Shown: positions 40,089 to 50,797, counted from the stretch's first letter. The stretch: DNA of 64,000 bases from an uncultured Gemmatimonadales bacterium (GCA_963828735.1 CAWHFW010000005.1:864001-928000), one strand, 5' to 3'. Translations and numbers: made by a program. Notes: generated by a model from the letters alone, not told the origin.

Positions 40089-41361
40089 GCGGCTCGCCAC
40101 ACTCCTGGCGCTGGCGGCATTGACCGCCCCGAACATCGCCTTCGCCGCCCCCCGGCTTGATCCGACGGGCTCCCGGGCGGTCGAGCTGGTCCACGGGTTC
40201 TGGACACTCGTATCCGATGTCGCGGGCCCGGCCGACGGCACCCAGACTCCTCATCCCGCTCCGCAGGCCATCCCACAGGCTCCGAGCACGCAGGCGCCGG
40301 TCCGCCTCGACGACCTGAGCAAGCCCGGCTCGGTGGAAGCGCAGCTGCGGGCCGCGCTCCGCCCTCAGGATGGCACCGTCCGGGTCACGGTGGCCAACGG
40401 CGTCGGACGACTCGGCGACTACAGCATTGGCTCGAACGAGACCGTGTCGGGTCACTTGCTCGTGGTGCAGGGCACCGCGGACGTCTATGGCAAGCTGCTG
40501 GGCAATCTCGTTACCGTCGAAGGCGACGTGGTGCTGCACCCGGGCGGTGTCGTGTCGGGCGACATCCTGACACTCGGCGGCGAGGTGCGCGACGAAGGAG
40601 GCGAGATCGGCGGCGAGGTGCGCACTTTCCGGTCAGCCACCGTGCTCACGGCGCCGATTCGGACCCAGGCCGCTCCACCCAGCGCCCTCGAGACGGTGTT
40701 CCGGCGGCTCGCCGGCGTAGTGGGCGTTTTCCTCACGCTCGGCGCGCTCGGGTTCGGGCTCGTGATGTTCGGGCGGCCGAACCTGGAGGTCGTATCAGAC
40801 ACGGTCTCGCACTCGTTCGGACGCGCCTTCACGACGGGCCTCCTCGGCCAGCTGCTCCTTCTGCCGACGTTCGGCATGCTCGTCGTCGGCCTCATCCTCA
40901 GCGTGGTCGGCATCGTGCTGCTGCCCTTCGCCGTCGTGGTCTACGCGCTTCTCGTGATCGTCGCGGCGGTCGGCGGCTATCTCGCCGTCGCCCACGCGAT
41001 GGGCGAGACCTACACCCGTCGCCGGCTCGCGCTCGGCGTGATGATCGGGTCGCCCAACAGCTACCGGTACCTGCTGGTGGGCCTCGGGGCCATGGCGGCG
41101 TTCTGGCTCGCCTGGTCCGTGTTCGGCTGGGTGCCCGTGGCCGGCGATCTGATCCGCGGCGCAGCCATCCTCGTCACCTGGCTGCTGGGCACCGCCGGTT
41201 TCGGCGCCGCGCTGCTCAGCCGCGCCGGCATCCGCGAGAACTTCGCCGGGCGCCTCATCCCGCCGGAGGCGCTCACCGACGAATACCTCTGGGCCACGCC
41301 GCAGTTCGGGGTGACGGCCGCCAAGCGTCCCGGCTCCCGCACGCCCACGCGAGGCCTCTGA
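40075..41361 (+). CDS. Membrane protein with bactofilin/polymer-forming beta-helix domain and several TM helices
   Basis: Signal peptide; VxGxL/VxGD repeats followed by about five TM segments. Confidence 0.7.
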   Translation: MSAHRRLATLLALAALTAPNIAFAAPRLDPTGSRAVELVHGFWTLVSDVAGPADGTQTPHPAPQAIPQAPSTQAPVRLDDLSKPGSVEAQLRAALRPQDGTVRVTVANGVGRLGDYSIGSNETVSGHLLVVQGTADVYGKLLGNLVTVEGDVVLHPGGVVSGDILTLGGEVRDEGGEIGGEVRTFRSATVLTAPIRTQAAPPSALETVFRRLAGVVGVFLTLGALGFGLVMFGRPNLEVVSDTVSHSFGRAFTTGLLGQLLLLPTFGMLVVGLILSVVGIVLLPFAVVVYALLVIVAAVGGYLAVAHAMGETYTRRRLALGVMIGSPNSYRYLLVGLGAMAAFWLAWSVFGWVPVAGDLIRGAAILVTWLLGTAGFGAALLSRAGIRENFAGRLIPPEALTDEYLWATPQFGVTAAKRPGSRTPTRGL

Positions 41362-42206
41362 TGCGCGGGCTTCTGCTCTCCGCGCTGGCGCTCGCACTCG
41401 GGGCGTCCGGTGCCGCCGCGCAGGTCATGCGGCCGTTCAGCACCTACCGTCAGTGGCACGGGGAGACGAGCACCGCGGCCCGCTTCGAGTTCGCGGCCGG
41501 CGCGCTCCGGCTCGCCGCCGGGCGGCCGAACGAGCTGTACCGGATGGACGTGCTGTACGACGACGAGCGCTATCAGCCCGTGAGCGACTTCGACGCGGCG
41601 CGCGGCAACGTCGTGCTCGGCCTGCGCGCGGCTGGGAACGGCGGGCTTCGCGTCGTCTCCAAGAGCCAGCTTCGTCAGACCGCCTCGGTGACTTTCTCTC
41701 CCCGGAGCGACCTCTCGCTCGGGGTGGCGCTCGGCGCGGTGGACGGGGACCTCGAGCTCGGCGGCCTCAGGCTCACCGCGTTCGACCTGGAGGCGGGCGC
41801 GAGCCGCGCGACCGTCCGGTTTTCACAGCCCAACGCGGCGCGGTGTCGCGAGGCCACGCTGAGCGCCGGAGCGGCGGAGCTCACGGTGCTCGGACTCGGC
41901 AACAGCCGGTGCGAGCGGATCGCGTTCGAGGGCGGCGTGGGCCGGGTGACGTTGGATTTCGGCGGGGCCTGGACCACGAGCTCGGCCGTGACGGTAAAGA
42001 TGGCCCTCGGCGAGGTGGCGCTCCGACTGCCGCGGGAGGTGGGCGTCCGGCTCACGCTCGACAAGTTCCTGGCCACGTTCGAGCCCCAGGGCTTCGTCCG
42101 GCGAGGCAACAGCTATCTGTCGCCCGGCTACGACCAGGCGACGCGGCACCTGGACATCGACATCACGACGGCCGTCGGAGGCGTGACGGTCGACTGGCTG
42201 GATTGA
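41361..42206 (+). CDS. Exported beta-solenoid protein (toast-rack/DUF2154/LiaF-like)
   Basis: Signal peptide; repeated GAxxxxLxL units; stop/start overlap TGATG. Confidence 0.6.
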   Translation: MRGLLLSALALALGASGAAAQVMRPFSTYRQWHGETSTAARFEFAAGALRLAAGRPNELYRMDVLYDDERYQPVSDFDAARGNVVLGLRAAGNGGLRVVSKSQLRQTASVTFSPRSDLSLGVALGAVDGDLELGGLRLTAFDLEAGASRATVRFSQPNAARCREATLSAGAAELTVLGLGNSRCERIAFEGGVGRVTLDFGGAWTTSSAVTVKMALGEVALRLPREVGVRLTLDKFLATFEPQGFVRRGNSYLSPGYDQATRHLDIDITTAVGGVTVDWLD

Positions 42207-42251
42207 TCGCGCGCCCTATCGCCGGGCCGTCTCCCCGCTAGCTTCCCCTGC

Positions 42252-42869
42252 ATGTCTCCTCTCGAGACCCTCGGCTTCGCCCTCGGGACCTCGTTCGCTT
42301 CCGGCCTCAATCTGTATGCGACCGTCGCGGCGGTGGGCCTCTTCGAGCGGCTCGGCATCGTGCAGCTGCCGCAGCAGCTGCATGTGCTGTCGCACCCGGT
42401 GGTGCTCGGGGTGGCGGTCGCGCTGTTCGTGGTCGAGTTCGTCGCCGACAAGATCCCGTACGTGGACAGCGTGTGGGACGCGGTGCACACCTTCATCCGG
42501 CCACCCGCCGCCGCCTTCCTCTCCTACAGCGCGTTCGCGAGCGGCGTCCCCGAGCAGTGGAAGATCGGGGCCGCCCTCCTCGCCGGCAGCGTCGCGCTCA
42601 CCTCGCACGGCGCGAAGTCCACGGCCCGCGCGGCCGCCAATGTGAGTCCGGAACCGGTGAGCAACTGGACGCTGAGCTTCGCGGAGGACTCGATTGCCGT
42701 GTTCCTCTCGTGGATGGCGGCGACTCATCCGATCCTCACGGCGGGCATCGTCGTGGCGCTCGTGATCCTGGCGCTCCTCCTGATGTGGCGGCTGTTCCGG
42801 TTCGTGAAGCAGGTGGTGACCCGGCTCGGTCGCCGGCCCGGCGAGGCGGCGGCGCCGACGACGCAGTAG
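42252..42869 (+). CDS. DUF4126-family membrane protein
   Basis: SGLNLY, EFVADKIPYVDS.WD.VHTFIRP, SPEP.SN...S..ED. Confidence 0.85.
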   Translation: MSPLETLGFALGTSFASGLNLYATVAAVGLFERLGIVQLPQQLHVLSHPVVLGVAVALFVVEFVADKIPYVDSVWDAVHTFIRPPAAAFLSYSAFASGVPEQWKIGAALLAGSVALTSHGAKSTARAAANVSPEPVSNWTLSFAEDSIAVFLSWMAATHPILTAGIVVALVILALLLMWRLFRFVKQVVTRLGRRPGEAAAPTTQ

Positions 42870-42895
42870 CGACGCGCCGGCACCGTCGGCCGAAT

Positions 42896-43654
42896 CTATC
42901 CCAGCCTCGCCCGAATCCTCCCTCCCACTCCGAGCCCCAGCCGACGCGCCGCCGAGCCGTCCCGCACGGCAATCTCCACCGCGCCCCCCGATCCCACGTA
43001 CGCGAGCAACCCGCCCGCGGGCACGTCGCCGAACGTGCGCCGGAGCGGGCCGATCTCCAGCCCCTCCACCTCGAGCACCGCATACGGGGGCACGACATCG
43101 GTCGTCAGGTTGGTCACCAGCGTGCCGAACCGGTCCACGTAGACGATCTGCCCGATCACGGATTTGCCCTCGTAGTGCGGCTCGTCGTGGGTGAGCCGGA
43201 CGGGGATCGTGGTCAACGGCTCACCGAGCATGTGGAGCGGTGCTCCGCAGGCAAGGGCGGCCGCGGCCGGGGCGAAGAGGTCGCGGCCGTGAAAGGTGGG
43301 CGCCGCGTCACCTGGAACGGGAAGCACGACGGCCTCGACTTCCGTGTCGCGAAGCACGCTCGTGAGCAGGCCGTTGTCCGGTCCGACGAACCAGTGGCCA
43401 TGGGCCCGGAAGGCGAGCGCCGCGCGCGCGGTACCGACGCCGGGGTCGACGACGGCGAGATGGACGGTATCGCGGGGAAACCGGGACCACGCGCGCCCGA
43501 TCAGGTACGCGCCGGCCCGTATGTCGCCCGGCGGCACCGCGTGGGTCACGTCCACGAGGACTGCCGACGGACAGCGGCCGAGCAGCACGCCTTTCATCTC
43601 CGCCACGTAGGAGTCCGACGTGCCGAAGTCGCTGAGCAGGGTGATGAGCGGCAT
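42896..43654 (-). CDS. SAM hydroxide adenosyltransferase (DUF62 family)
   Basis: ITLLSDFG, VVDPGVGTAR, GPDNG, TFHGRDLFAP, VDRFG. Confidence 0.9.
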   Translation of the reverse strand: MPLITLLSDFGTSDSYVAEMKGVLLGRCPSAVLVDVTHAVPPGDIRAGAYLIGRAWSRFPRDTVHLAVVDPGVGTARAALAFRAHGHWFVGPDNGLLTSVLRDTEVEAVVLPVPGDAAPTFHGRDLFAPAAAALACGAPLHMLGEPLTTIPVRLTHDEPHYEGKSVIGQIVYVDRFGTLVTNLTTDVVPPYAVLEVEGLEIGPLRRTFGDVPAGGLLAYVGSGGAVEIAVRDGSAARRLGLGVGGRIRARLG

Positions 43655-43668
43655 GCCCAAACCTAACG

Positions 43669-45105
43669 TCACGCCCGCGCCTTCTCCCACGCGCCCCACT
43701 GCCACAATGCAGTCATCGCGCCGGCGCGGGCCATTGCGGTGACCGCGAGCATCCACCAGATGCCGACCAGGCCGAAGCTCGCCGACACGATCTCCGCCAG
43801 TGGCACCCGCAAGGCGCTGATGCAGACCACCGCGATCATCGTGTAGAACGTGTAGCCCGCGCCCGTGAGGCCGCCCTCGAGCACGTTCTCGTAGGCCATG
43901 ACGACCTGAGCCACGCCAACGGCGCGGAGGTAGAGCGAGGCATCGCGGATGACGGCCGGGTCGGTAGTGAACACGCCAACCAGAGCGCCTGGCGCGAGCA
44001 GGAACAGGATCGCGAGCAGGCACGGCCCCACCGAGGCGATCCGGGCCGTCAACCACCCCGCCTCCCGCGCCCGCGCGGGCTGACCCGCGCCAAGGTTCTG
44101 CCCCACGATCGTCTCGGCGGCCAGTCCGAAGCCGATGCAGATCATGTAGCTCACGCCCTCGATCTTGTGGCCCACGCCGAGGGCCGCGATCGCCGGGGTG
44201 CCGAACCGCCCGACCACCCGCACGAGCAGCATGTAGATCACGCTGAAGAGCACGCCCGTGAGCATTGTCGGCAATCCGACCCGCACGATCGTGCGCGCCA
44301 CGGGAGCGCTCCAGCCCAGCCGGAGCCCTCCCCGCCGCCGCAGCAGCTCGAAGCCGACGATGAATCCCAGGCCTCGGGTGAGTACCGTCGCCAGGGCGGC
44401 GCCGTAAACGCCCAGCGCGGGGAACGGGCCCCAGCCAAGAATCATCAGCGGATCGAGCACGAGATTGAGGAGCACGGAGGCCCCGAGCAGAACGAACGGC
44501 GTCCGCGTGTCGCCGCCGCTCCGGAACGCCGCGGTAACCACGTAGTATCCGTAGATGAGCACGGCACCGGCGAGCTGCACGACCAGGAACTCGCGTGCGA
44601 GCTCGGCCACGCGTCCCTCGGCGCCCATCACCCGGAAGATCGCAGGCAGGCTCGCCACGCCGCCGACGGCTACCAGAATGCCGAGGCCGCTCGCGAGCAG
44701 CAGCGCCGTGCCCGCGGCACGAGCGGCGCTCTCCGGATCACCTTCCCCGTGGCGGCGCGACGCCACCGCGGTGAGGCCGACGCCCACGAGCTCGCCGATG
44801 GACACGATCACCCAGACGGTGTAGCTCGCGAGCGAGACCGCCGCGAGCGCCTCCGCGCCGAGGGTGCGCCCGACCCAGAAGGTGTCGGTGATGTTGAACA
44901 GGACCTGGAACAGGGTCGTGCCGACGGCGGGAAGCGCGAGCCGGAGGATCGCCGGGCGAAGGGGACCCTCGATGATACCGGTGGCGTCCACGCGCGGCGG
45001 AGGCAGCGCGGGGCCGGCGTCGTGCTGGTCGGCGTACAGACCGGCAGGTGGGACGGTGGGATCGGACGCCGCGCTCTCGAGGCGTCTCGTTGAGCCCTCG
45101 GTCAA
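43669..45105 (-). CDS. MATE-family efflux transporter
   Basis: LALP, DTFWVG, GDTRTP, LNLVLDP, GV.GAALAT, VGQNLGA. Confidence 0.92.
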   Translation of the reverse strand: MTEGSTRRLESAASDPTVPPAGLYADQHDAGPALPPPRVDATGIIEGPLRPAILRLALPAVGTTLFQVLFNITDTFWVGRTLGAEALAAVSLASYTVWVIVSIGELVGVGLTAVASRRHGEGDPESAARAAGTALLLASGLGILVAVGGVASLPAIFRVMGAEGRVAELAREFLVVQLAGAVLIYGYYVVTAAFRSGGDTRTPFVLLGASVLLNLVLDPLMILGWGPFPALGVYGAALATVLTRGLGFIVGFELLRRRGGLRLGWSAPVARTIVRVGLPTMLTGVLFSVIYMLLVRVVGRFGTPAIAALGVGHKIEGVSYMICIGFGLAAETIVGQNLGAGQPARAREAGWLTARIASVGPCLLAILFLLAPGALVGVFTTDPAVIRDASLYLRAVGVAQVVMAYENVLEGGLTGAGYTFYTMIAVVCISALRVPLAEIVSASFGLVGIWWMLAVTAMARAGAMTALWQWGAWEKARA

Positions 45106-46212
45106 CTAATTCCGAAGGATGGGGAGCGCGGCGCTTTGGCCGACGGTCTTCCGGCGGAGGTCGGCCGCGATCCGGCGGAGGCTTTCCGCGGCGGGGCTGT
45201 TCGGGTTGGCGATCAGCACCGGCTGGCCGGCGTCGGCCTGCTCGGCCAGGTGGGGCTGGAGCGGGATCGTGCCGAGCATGGGGACACCGATCTCCTCGGC
45301 CAGGCGTTGTCCGCCCCCGGAGGAGAACAGCTCGAAGCGCCGGCCGGTCTCGGGATCGGTGAACGCGCTCATGTTCTCCACGACCCCGATCACCGGGACG
45401 CCCACCCGCTCGAACATCCGGGCGCCGCGCAGCGCATCGCCGACGGCCATTTCCTGCGGCGTCGTCACGATCACCGCGCCCGAGACCTGGGTAGCCTGCA
45501 CCAGTGAGAGCTGCGCATCCCCGGTGCCCGGTGGCAGGTCCACGATGAAGTAGTCGAGCTCTCCCCAATTCACGTCACGGAGAAACTGGGTGACGATCTT
45601 CATGATGATCGGGCCGCGCCAGATGGCCGGCGCATCGCGCTCGACCAGGAAGCCGAGGGACATCAGCTTCACGCCATGGGCCTCGAGCGGCTGGATCTTG
45701 CCGCCGACCACCGGCGGCTTCTCGAAGACGCCGAACATACGCGGGACGTTGGGGCCGTAGATGTCGGCATCCATCAGACCCACGCGCGCGCCATCCTGGA
45801 CCAGGGCGACCGCGACGTTCACCGCGACGGTGGACTTGCCGACGCCGCCCTTCCCCGACGACACCGCGAGGATCCGGCCCAGGTTCGGCTGCGCGGCGGG
45901 CATCGGCGCGCCGGCCGGCGGGCCGGCATCGGACGGTGGGGCGTGCGTGGTGCGCGCGGGGCCGGCTGGATTGGTGACGGTGATCTTGATGTCGTCGCGG
46001 CGCACGCCGTCGACACCCTGGACGGCGGTGCGCGCCTGGCGGACCAGGGTGGCCGGATCCTCGGGGGCGAGCAGGAACGTGAAGCTCACGCCGCCCTGAT
46101 CGGTCACGGACAGATCGCGGATCATGCCCGCCGAGAGCAGGTCGTTGTCGAGCCGCGGATTCTGGATGGCGGCGAGGGCGGCGACGACCCGCGCCTCGAG
46201 CGCGTCGCCCAC
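45106..46212 (-). CDS. mrp: Mrp/ApbC/NBP35 Fe-S carrier ATPase
   Basis: SSGKGGVGKST, DADIYGP, WRGP, DLPPGTGD, VTTPQ, VENMS. Confidence 0.93.
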   Translation of the reverse strand: MGDALEARVVAALAAIQNPRLDNDLLSAGMIRDLSVTDQGGVSFTFLLAPEDPATLVRQARTAVQGVDGVRRDDIKITVTNPAGPARTTHAPPSDAGPPAGAPMPAAQPNLGRILAVSSGKGGVGKSTVAVNVAVALVQDGARVGLMDADIYGPNVPRMFGVFEKPPVVGGKIQPLEAHGVKLMSLGFLVERDAPAIWRGPIIMKIVTQFLRDVNWGELDYFIVDLPPGTGDAQLSLVQATQVSGAVIVTTPQEMAVGDALRGARMFERVGVPVIGVVENMSAFTDPETGRRFELFSSGGGQRLAEEIGVPMLGTIPLQPHLAEQADAGQPVLIANPNSPAAESLRRIAADLRRKTVGQSAALPILRN

Positions 46213-46442
46213 TACACGGCCTCCACGTGCTTCACCTCGGGGACCGCCTCCCGAAGGCGAAGCTCGATGCCCTGCTTGAGCGTGACGGCGGACGCCGCGC
46301 AGCCGTGGCACGTGCCGCCGAGCCGCAGCAGGAGCGTGCCGTCCTGCTCGTCGAAGTCCACGACCTCCACCTGGCCGCGGTGCGACGCGATGTAGGGCCG
46401 TAACGTGTCGAGAGTCTTTTCGATGCGGTCGATGGTATCCAT
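46212..46442 (-). CDS. NifU C-terminal (Nfu) domain protein
   Basis: LRPYI.SH.G.VE, GTCHGC, TLKQGIE. Confidence 0.9.
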   Translation of the reverse strand: MDTIDRIEKTLDTLRPYIASHRGQVEVVDFDEQDGTLLLRLGGTCHGCAASAVTLKQGIELRLREAVPEVKHVEAV

Positions 46443-46502
46443 GGGCCCCGGGCGGCAATTCCTACTAGGTCGTTCGGCAATATAGGGGGAGACAGGAGTC
46501 GG

Positions 46503-47543
46503 TCAACGGGCCGAGCGATGGGCCCGCCGCCCGTTCTCCGCCAGGAAGGCGCGCGCCGCCGTGAGCACGGTGGACTGGACCTCAGCCAGCGAGCCCGGCA
46601 ACGCCAGCCCGGCGGCCTTCGTGTGGCCGCCGCCGCCGAATCGTTTGGAGAACGCGGCCACGTCCACGTCCCCGACGGACCGGAGCGATACCTTCACGCG
46701 GCCCTGGCTCACCTCGCGAAAGAGGAGCGCCATGCGGACGCCCTCGATCGACCGGGGGAATTCCACCACGCCCTCGAGATCGTCGGACGAGACGCCCAGG
46801 CGCTCGATGGCGCCGGGGGGCACCGTCACCCACGCGAGCCCGCACTCGGGCTCGACGACGAGCGTCTGCAGCGCTTCCGCGAACAACCGCGGCCGGCCTT
46901 CGGGCGCGCGAGCGTAGACCTCGAGGTAGATCTGCTCGGGATCCACCCCGACCTCGAGCAGCTCCGCGGCGACTCGCAGGGTGCGCGGCCGGGTGTTGCT
47001 GAACCGGAACCCGCCAGTGTCGGTCAGGATCGCGACGTAGAGCCCGCGCGCCGCCTCCTGGGTGAGCGTCCATCCGTTGGCGACGGCCAGTTCGAAGACG
47101 AGCTCGCCGGTCGCCGCCGCGTCCGGATCCAGATAGCGCGGTCCGGCCGGCAAGAGGCCCTCGCTCACGTGGTGGTCCACGCAGGCGACGGGGACGCCGC
47201 GGGCGCGGACGGTCTCGCTCAGCATGCCCAGGCGTCCGAGGTCGGAGATGTCCAGGACGACGATCGTGTCCGCCCGCCGCAGCTCGCGAATCGCTTCGGC
47301 GGTACGATCGACTCCGGGAAGATCCTCGAACAGAAACTCGAAGCGAGCTGGCGTCGGAGTGGGATTCGTGATCACCGCGTCGATGCCGCGGTCGCGCAGG
47401 AGGTGGGCGAGGCCCGCCTCGCTGCCGAGGCCGTCGCCGTCCGGGTTGACGTGCGTGGTGAGGCAGACCCGCTGCCCGGGCACCAGGGCCGCGGCGAGGG
47501 ACCGCGCCATCGCAGTCCGGTCGGGGGCGAGGATGAACGACAT
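46503..47543 (-). CDS. nrnA: DHH/DHHA1 oligoribonuclease / PAP phosphatase
   Basis: HVNPDGD, VDHH, TDTGGFRFSN, VSLRS, GGGGH. Confidence 0.9.
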   Translation of the reverse strand: MSFILAPDRTAMARSLAAALVPGQRVCLTTHVNPDGDGLGSEAGLAHLLRDRGIDAVITNPTPTPARFEFLFEDLPGVDRTAEAIRELRRADTIVVLDISDLGRLGMLSETVRARGVPVACVDHHVSEGLLPAGPRYLDPDAAATGELVFELAVANGWTLTQEAARGLYVAILTDTGGFRFSNTRPRTLRVAAELLEVGVDPEQIYLEVYARAPEGRPRLFAEALQTLVVEPECGLAWVTVPPGAIERLGVSSDDLEGVVEFPRSIEGVRMALLFREVSQGRVKVSLRSVGDVDVAAFSKRFGGGGHTKAAGLALPGSLAEVQSTVLTAARAFLAENGRRAHRSAR

Positions 47544-47581
47544 GGCGGGAAGTTAACAGGGAGGAGAGAGCCGTGAAGACG

Positions 47582-47607
47582 GAACGGGGCGCCGAGGCGC
47601 CCCGTTC
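47582..47607 (-). terminator. Putative terminator hairpin after the permease genes
   Basis: Perfect stem GAACGGGGCGC/GCGCCCCGTTC with 4-nt loop; weak U-tract. Confidence 0.55.
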
Positions 47608-47639
47608 GATCCCGATCTTCGTGCCTTCCCCGCCGCGCG

Positions 47640-49118
47640 CTAGCGAGCCATCTGCACCTTCGAATGCCGCCGCCCGTACAGGAAGTAGATCGCCAGCCCG
47701 ATGGCCATCCAGATGATGAGCCGCGCCCATGTGTCCACCGGCAGACCAGCCATGAGGTAGAAGCACGCGAGGATGCCGGCCACCGGAACGAAGGGAACGA
47801 GCGGCGTCCGGAACGGACGGGGTCGCTCGGGCTCGGTGTAGCGGAGCACGAGGACGCCGGCGCAGACGATCGCGAAGGCGAGCAGCGTGCCGATGGAGAC
47901 GAGCTCGCCCAGCAGCCCGATCGGGAGCAGCCCGGCGAAGATCATCGCCGCGACGCCCGTGACCATGCTCGCCAGATACGGCGTCCGGAACTTCGGATGG
48001 ACCTTGCTGAACACGGGAGGCAGCAGGCCGTCTTTCGACATCGTGTAGAAGATGCGGGGCTGGCCGAGGAGCATGACGAGAATCACGGAGCTCAGGCCGG
48101 CGATCGCGCCGATCTTCACGATGGGCCGGAGCCACGCGAGACCCGGGCCCGCCGCGTTGATGCCGACCGCGATCGGGTCGGGGACGTTGAGCTGGGTGTA
48201 CTTGACGATGCCCGTGAGCACGAGCGCCACCGCGATGTAGAGCACGGTGCAGATGGCGAGCGAGCCGAGGATGCCGATCGGCATGTCGCGTTGCGGATTC
48301 TTGGTCTCCTGCGCCGCGGTCGAGACCGCGTCGAATCCGATGTAGGCGAAGAAGATCACACCGGCGCCGCGCACGACCCCATCCCAGCCGTACTTGCCCG
48401 GGCCGGTCGCCGCGGGGATGAAGGGCTCCCAGTTCTCCCGGTTGATGTAGGCGATGCCGCAACCGATGAAGAGGAAGACGACCGTCAGCTTGATGATGAC
48501 GATCAGGTTGTTGAAGCTGGCCGACTCCGAGATGCCGATGATCAGCAGGATGGTGATCAACGCGACGATGATCATCGCCGGCACGTTGAGCACGGCCCCC
48601 GTGCTCGACCATCCCTCGGTGAACAACCGCCACACGTTGAGGCCGGCGTCGGGCGGCGCCGTGTGGACGTACGGCGCGGACGTGTACTGCGGCGGGATGT
48701 TGATCCCGATGTCCTTGAGGAACGAGACCACGTATCCCGACCAGCCCACCGCGACGGTCGACGCGGCGAAGAGGTACTCGAGGATGAGGTCCCACCCAAT
48801 GATCCACGCGAGGAGCTCGCCCAGCGTGGCGTAGCCGTACGTGTAGGCCGAGCCGGCGATCGGGATCATCGCCGAGAACTCGGCATAGCACAGGCCGGCC
48901 AGTGCGCAGGCGGTGCCCGCGAGGATGAAGGAGTAGACGATGGCCGGGCCGGCATAGTTCGCCGCCGCCTGCCCCGTGAGCACGAAGATGCCAGCGCCGA
49001 TGATGGCGCCGATGCCGAGCGCCACGAGGTTCACGGGGCCCAGCGCCCGCTTGAGGCTTTGATCGGACCCGACCTCGGCCTGCAGCGCGGAGATGTCCTT
49101 GCGGGCAAAAAGGCTCAT
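47640..49118 (-). CDS. APC-family amino acid permease (CAT/YfnA-like)
   Basis: [45 protein letters not shown]. Confidence 0.93.
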   Translation of the reverse strand: MSLFARKDISALQAEVGSDQSLKRALGPVNLVALGIGAIIGAGIFVLTGQAAANYAGPAIVYSFILAGTACALAGLCYAEFSAMIPIAGSAYTYGYATLGELLAWIIGWDLILEYLFAASTVAVGWSGYVVSFLKDIGINIPPQYTSAPYVHTAPPDAGLNVWRLFTEGWSSTGAVLNVPAMIIVALITILLIIGISESASFNNLIVIIKLTVVFLFIGCGIAYINRENWEPFIPAATGPGKYGWDGVVRGAGVIFFAYIGFDAVSTAAQETKNPQRDMPIGILGSLAICTVLYIAVALVLTGIVKYTQLNVPDPIAVGINAAGPGLAWLRPIVKIGAIAGLSSVILVMLLGQPRIFYTMSKDGLLPPVFSKVHPKFRTPYLASMVTGVAAMIFAGLLPIGLLGELVSIGTLLAFAIVCAGVLVLRYTEPERPRPFRTPLVPFVPVAGILACFYLMAGLPVDTWARLIIWMAIGLAIYFLYGRRHSKVQMAR

Positions 49119-50608
49119 GAGCGGCTCCGTTCCTGTTGCAGGACGCTGTGCTTCCGGCCGTAGCCGAAGTAGATCACGAACCCGATCACGAGCCAGACGA
49201 AGAGGCGGATCCAGGTGTCGGCCGGGAGCGTGGCCATCAGCCCGAGGCACGCCAGGATCCCGAGGATGGGGACCAGGGGCACCAGCGGCGTGCGGAAGGG
49301 CCGCTCCAGGTCGGGCCGCGTCTTGCGCAGGATCCACACGCCCGCGCACACGAGCACGAAGGCGAGCAACGTGCCGATGTTGACCAGCTCGCCGAGAATC
49401 TGGATCGGGAACGTGCCCGTGATGACCGCGACGATGATGCCGACGTAGATCGTCGAGAGGTACGGCGTCCGGAACCGGGGATGGACCTTGCCGGCCCACG
49501 GCCCGATGAGCCCGTCACGCGACATCGAGTAGAACACCCGGCTCTGGCCAAGTAGCATCACCAGCACCACCGACCCGAGCCCGAGGACGGCCCCGATGGT
49601 GATCAGGGGACGAAGCCAGCTCAGCTGCTTCACCTGCTCGACCGCATACGCCACCGGGTGCGGCACGTTGAGCTGGTCGTAGCGGACGAGGCCGGTGAGC
49701 GTGAGGGAGACGAGGATGTAGAGAATGGTGCAGACGACGAGCGAGCCGAGAATGCCGATGGGCATGTCCCGCTGCGGATTCCGGGCCTCCTGCGCCGCGG
49801 TGCTCACGGCATCGAAGCCGATGTACGCGAAGAAGATCAGACCGGCTCCGCGGAACACGCCGCTCCAGCCGAACTCGCCGAAGGTCCCCGTGTTGGGCGG
49901 AATGAACGGGTGCCAGTTGTCCGCGTTGACGTAGCGGGCCCCGAAGATGATGAACAGGAGCACCACCGCGATCTTGAGGATGACGATCAGGTTGTTGACC
50001 TTGGCCGATTCCTCGATGCCCACCACGAGGATCCAGGTGGCAAGGAGCACGATCACCATCGCCGGCAGGTTGAACAGCGTGCCGGTCTGGTTCCAGCCCA
50101 CGTGCGCGCAGGAGGCCACGGTGTTGGCCACGTCGGCCGCGCTGCAGAAGCGAAGGGGCGCCGAGGTGATCGCGGTCGGAAGATGCACGCCGAAGTAGTC
50201 GAGCATGCTCACGAAGTATCCCGACCAGCCGACGCCGACGGTCGCGGCGCCCATGGCGTACTCGAGCACCAGGTCCCACCCGATGATCCAGGCGACGAAT
50301 TCACCCATCGTGGCGTAGGAGTAGGTGTAGGCGCTTCCCGCCACGGGAACGGCGCTGGCCATCTCCGCGTAGCACAAGCCCGCGAGGCCGCAGGCGACCG
50401 CCGCCACCACGAACGAGAGCGGGACGGCGGGGCCCGCGTGCAAGGCGGCCGCGAGCCCCGTGAGCACGAAGATGCCCGCACCGATGATCGCGCCGATGCC
50501 AAGCATCGTCAGGTTCAGCGCCCCGAGGGTGCGTTTGAGAGACCGTTCGCCGGTCGCATCCGCCTCGGCGCGCAGCGCCGAGACGGACTTCGTCGCCCAC
50601 AAGCTCAT
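49115..50608 (-). CDS. APC-family amino acid permease (tandem paralog)
   Basis: Same motifs as the downstream paralog; ATGA overlap between the two genes. Confidence 0.93.
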   Translation of the reverse strand: MSLWATKSVSALRAEADATGERSLKRTLGALNLTMLGIGAIIGAGIFVLTGLAAALHAGPAVPLSFVVAAVACGLAGLCYAEMASAVPVAGSAYTYSYATMGEFVAWIIGWDLVLEYAMGAATVGVGWSGYFVSMLDYFGVHLPTAITSAPLRFCSAADVANTVASCAHVGWNQTGTLFNLPAMVIVLLATWILVVGIEESAKVNNLIVILKIAVVLLFIIFGARYVNADNWHPFIPPNTGTFGEFGWSGVFRGAGLIFFAYIGFDAVSTAAQEARNPQRDMPIGILGSLVVCTILYILVSLTLTGLVRYDQLNVPHPVAYAVEQVKQLSWLRPLITIGAVLGLGSVVLVMLLGQSRVFYSMSRDGLIGPWAGKVHPRFRTPYLSTIYVGIIVAVITGTFPIQILGELVNIGTLLAFVLVCAGVWILRKTRPDLERPFRTPLVPLVPILGILACLGLMATLPADTWIRLFVWLVIGFVIYFGYGRKHSVLQQERSRS

Positions 50609-50675
50609 AGACTGGTCCTCGAAGGATGGAGATGCGCCGCACCGGACGGGTGGCGCCGCCTGCGACCTGCGACTG

Positions 50676-50778
50676 CCGTCCTCCCGAGCGACGCGAGAGA
50701 TCCCGGCCGCGACGCGGGGATCCTGCTGCGCCGTTCCGAGCCCGGAGCGAACATCCCCCGCCGTGCTCGGGATGACGG
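50676..50778. repeat. REP/MITE-like palindromic element
   Basis: Terminal arms CCGTCCTCCCGAGC / GCTCGGGATGACGG (13 of 14 complementary); internal duplication GCGACGCG..GATCC. Confidence 0.6.
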
Positions 50779-50797
50779 TGTGTGCGCGCCGACCTCG

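Noticed and set aside
42896..43654. SAM-dependent fluorinase/chlorinase
   Set aside because: Keeps the Asp-Arg-His triad pattern (VVDPGVGTAR, TFHGRD) of DUF62 SAM hydrolases; no natural-product context
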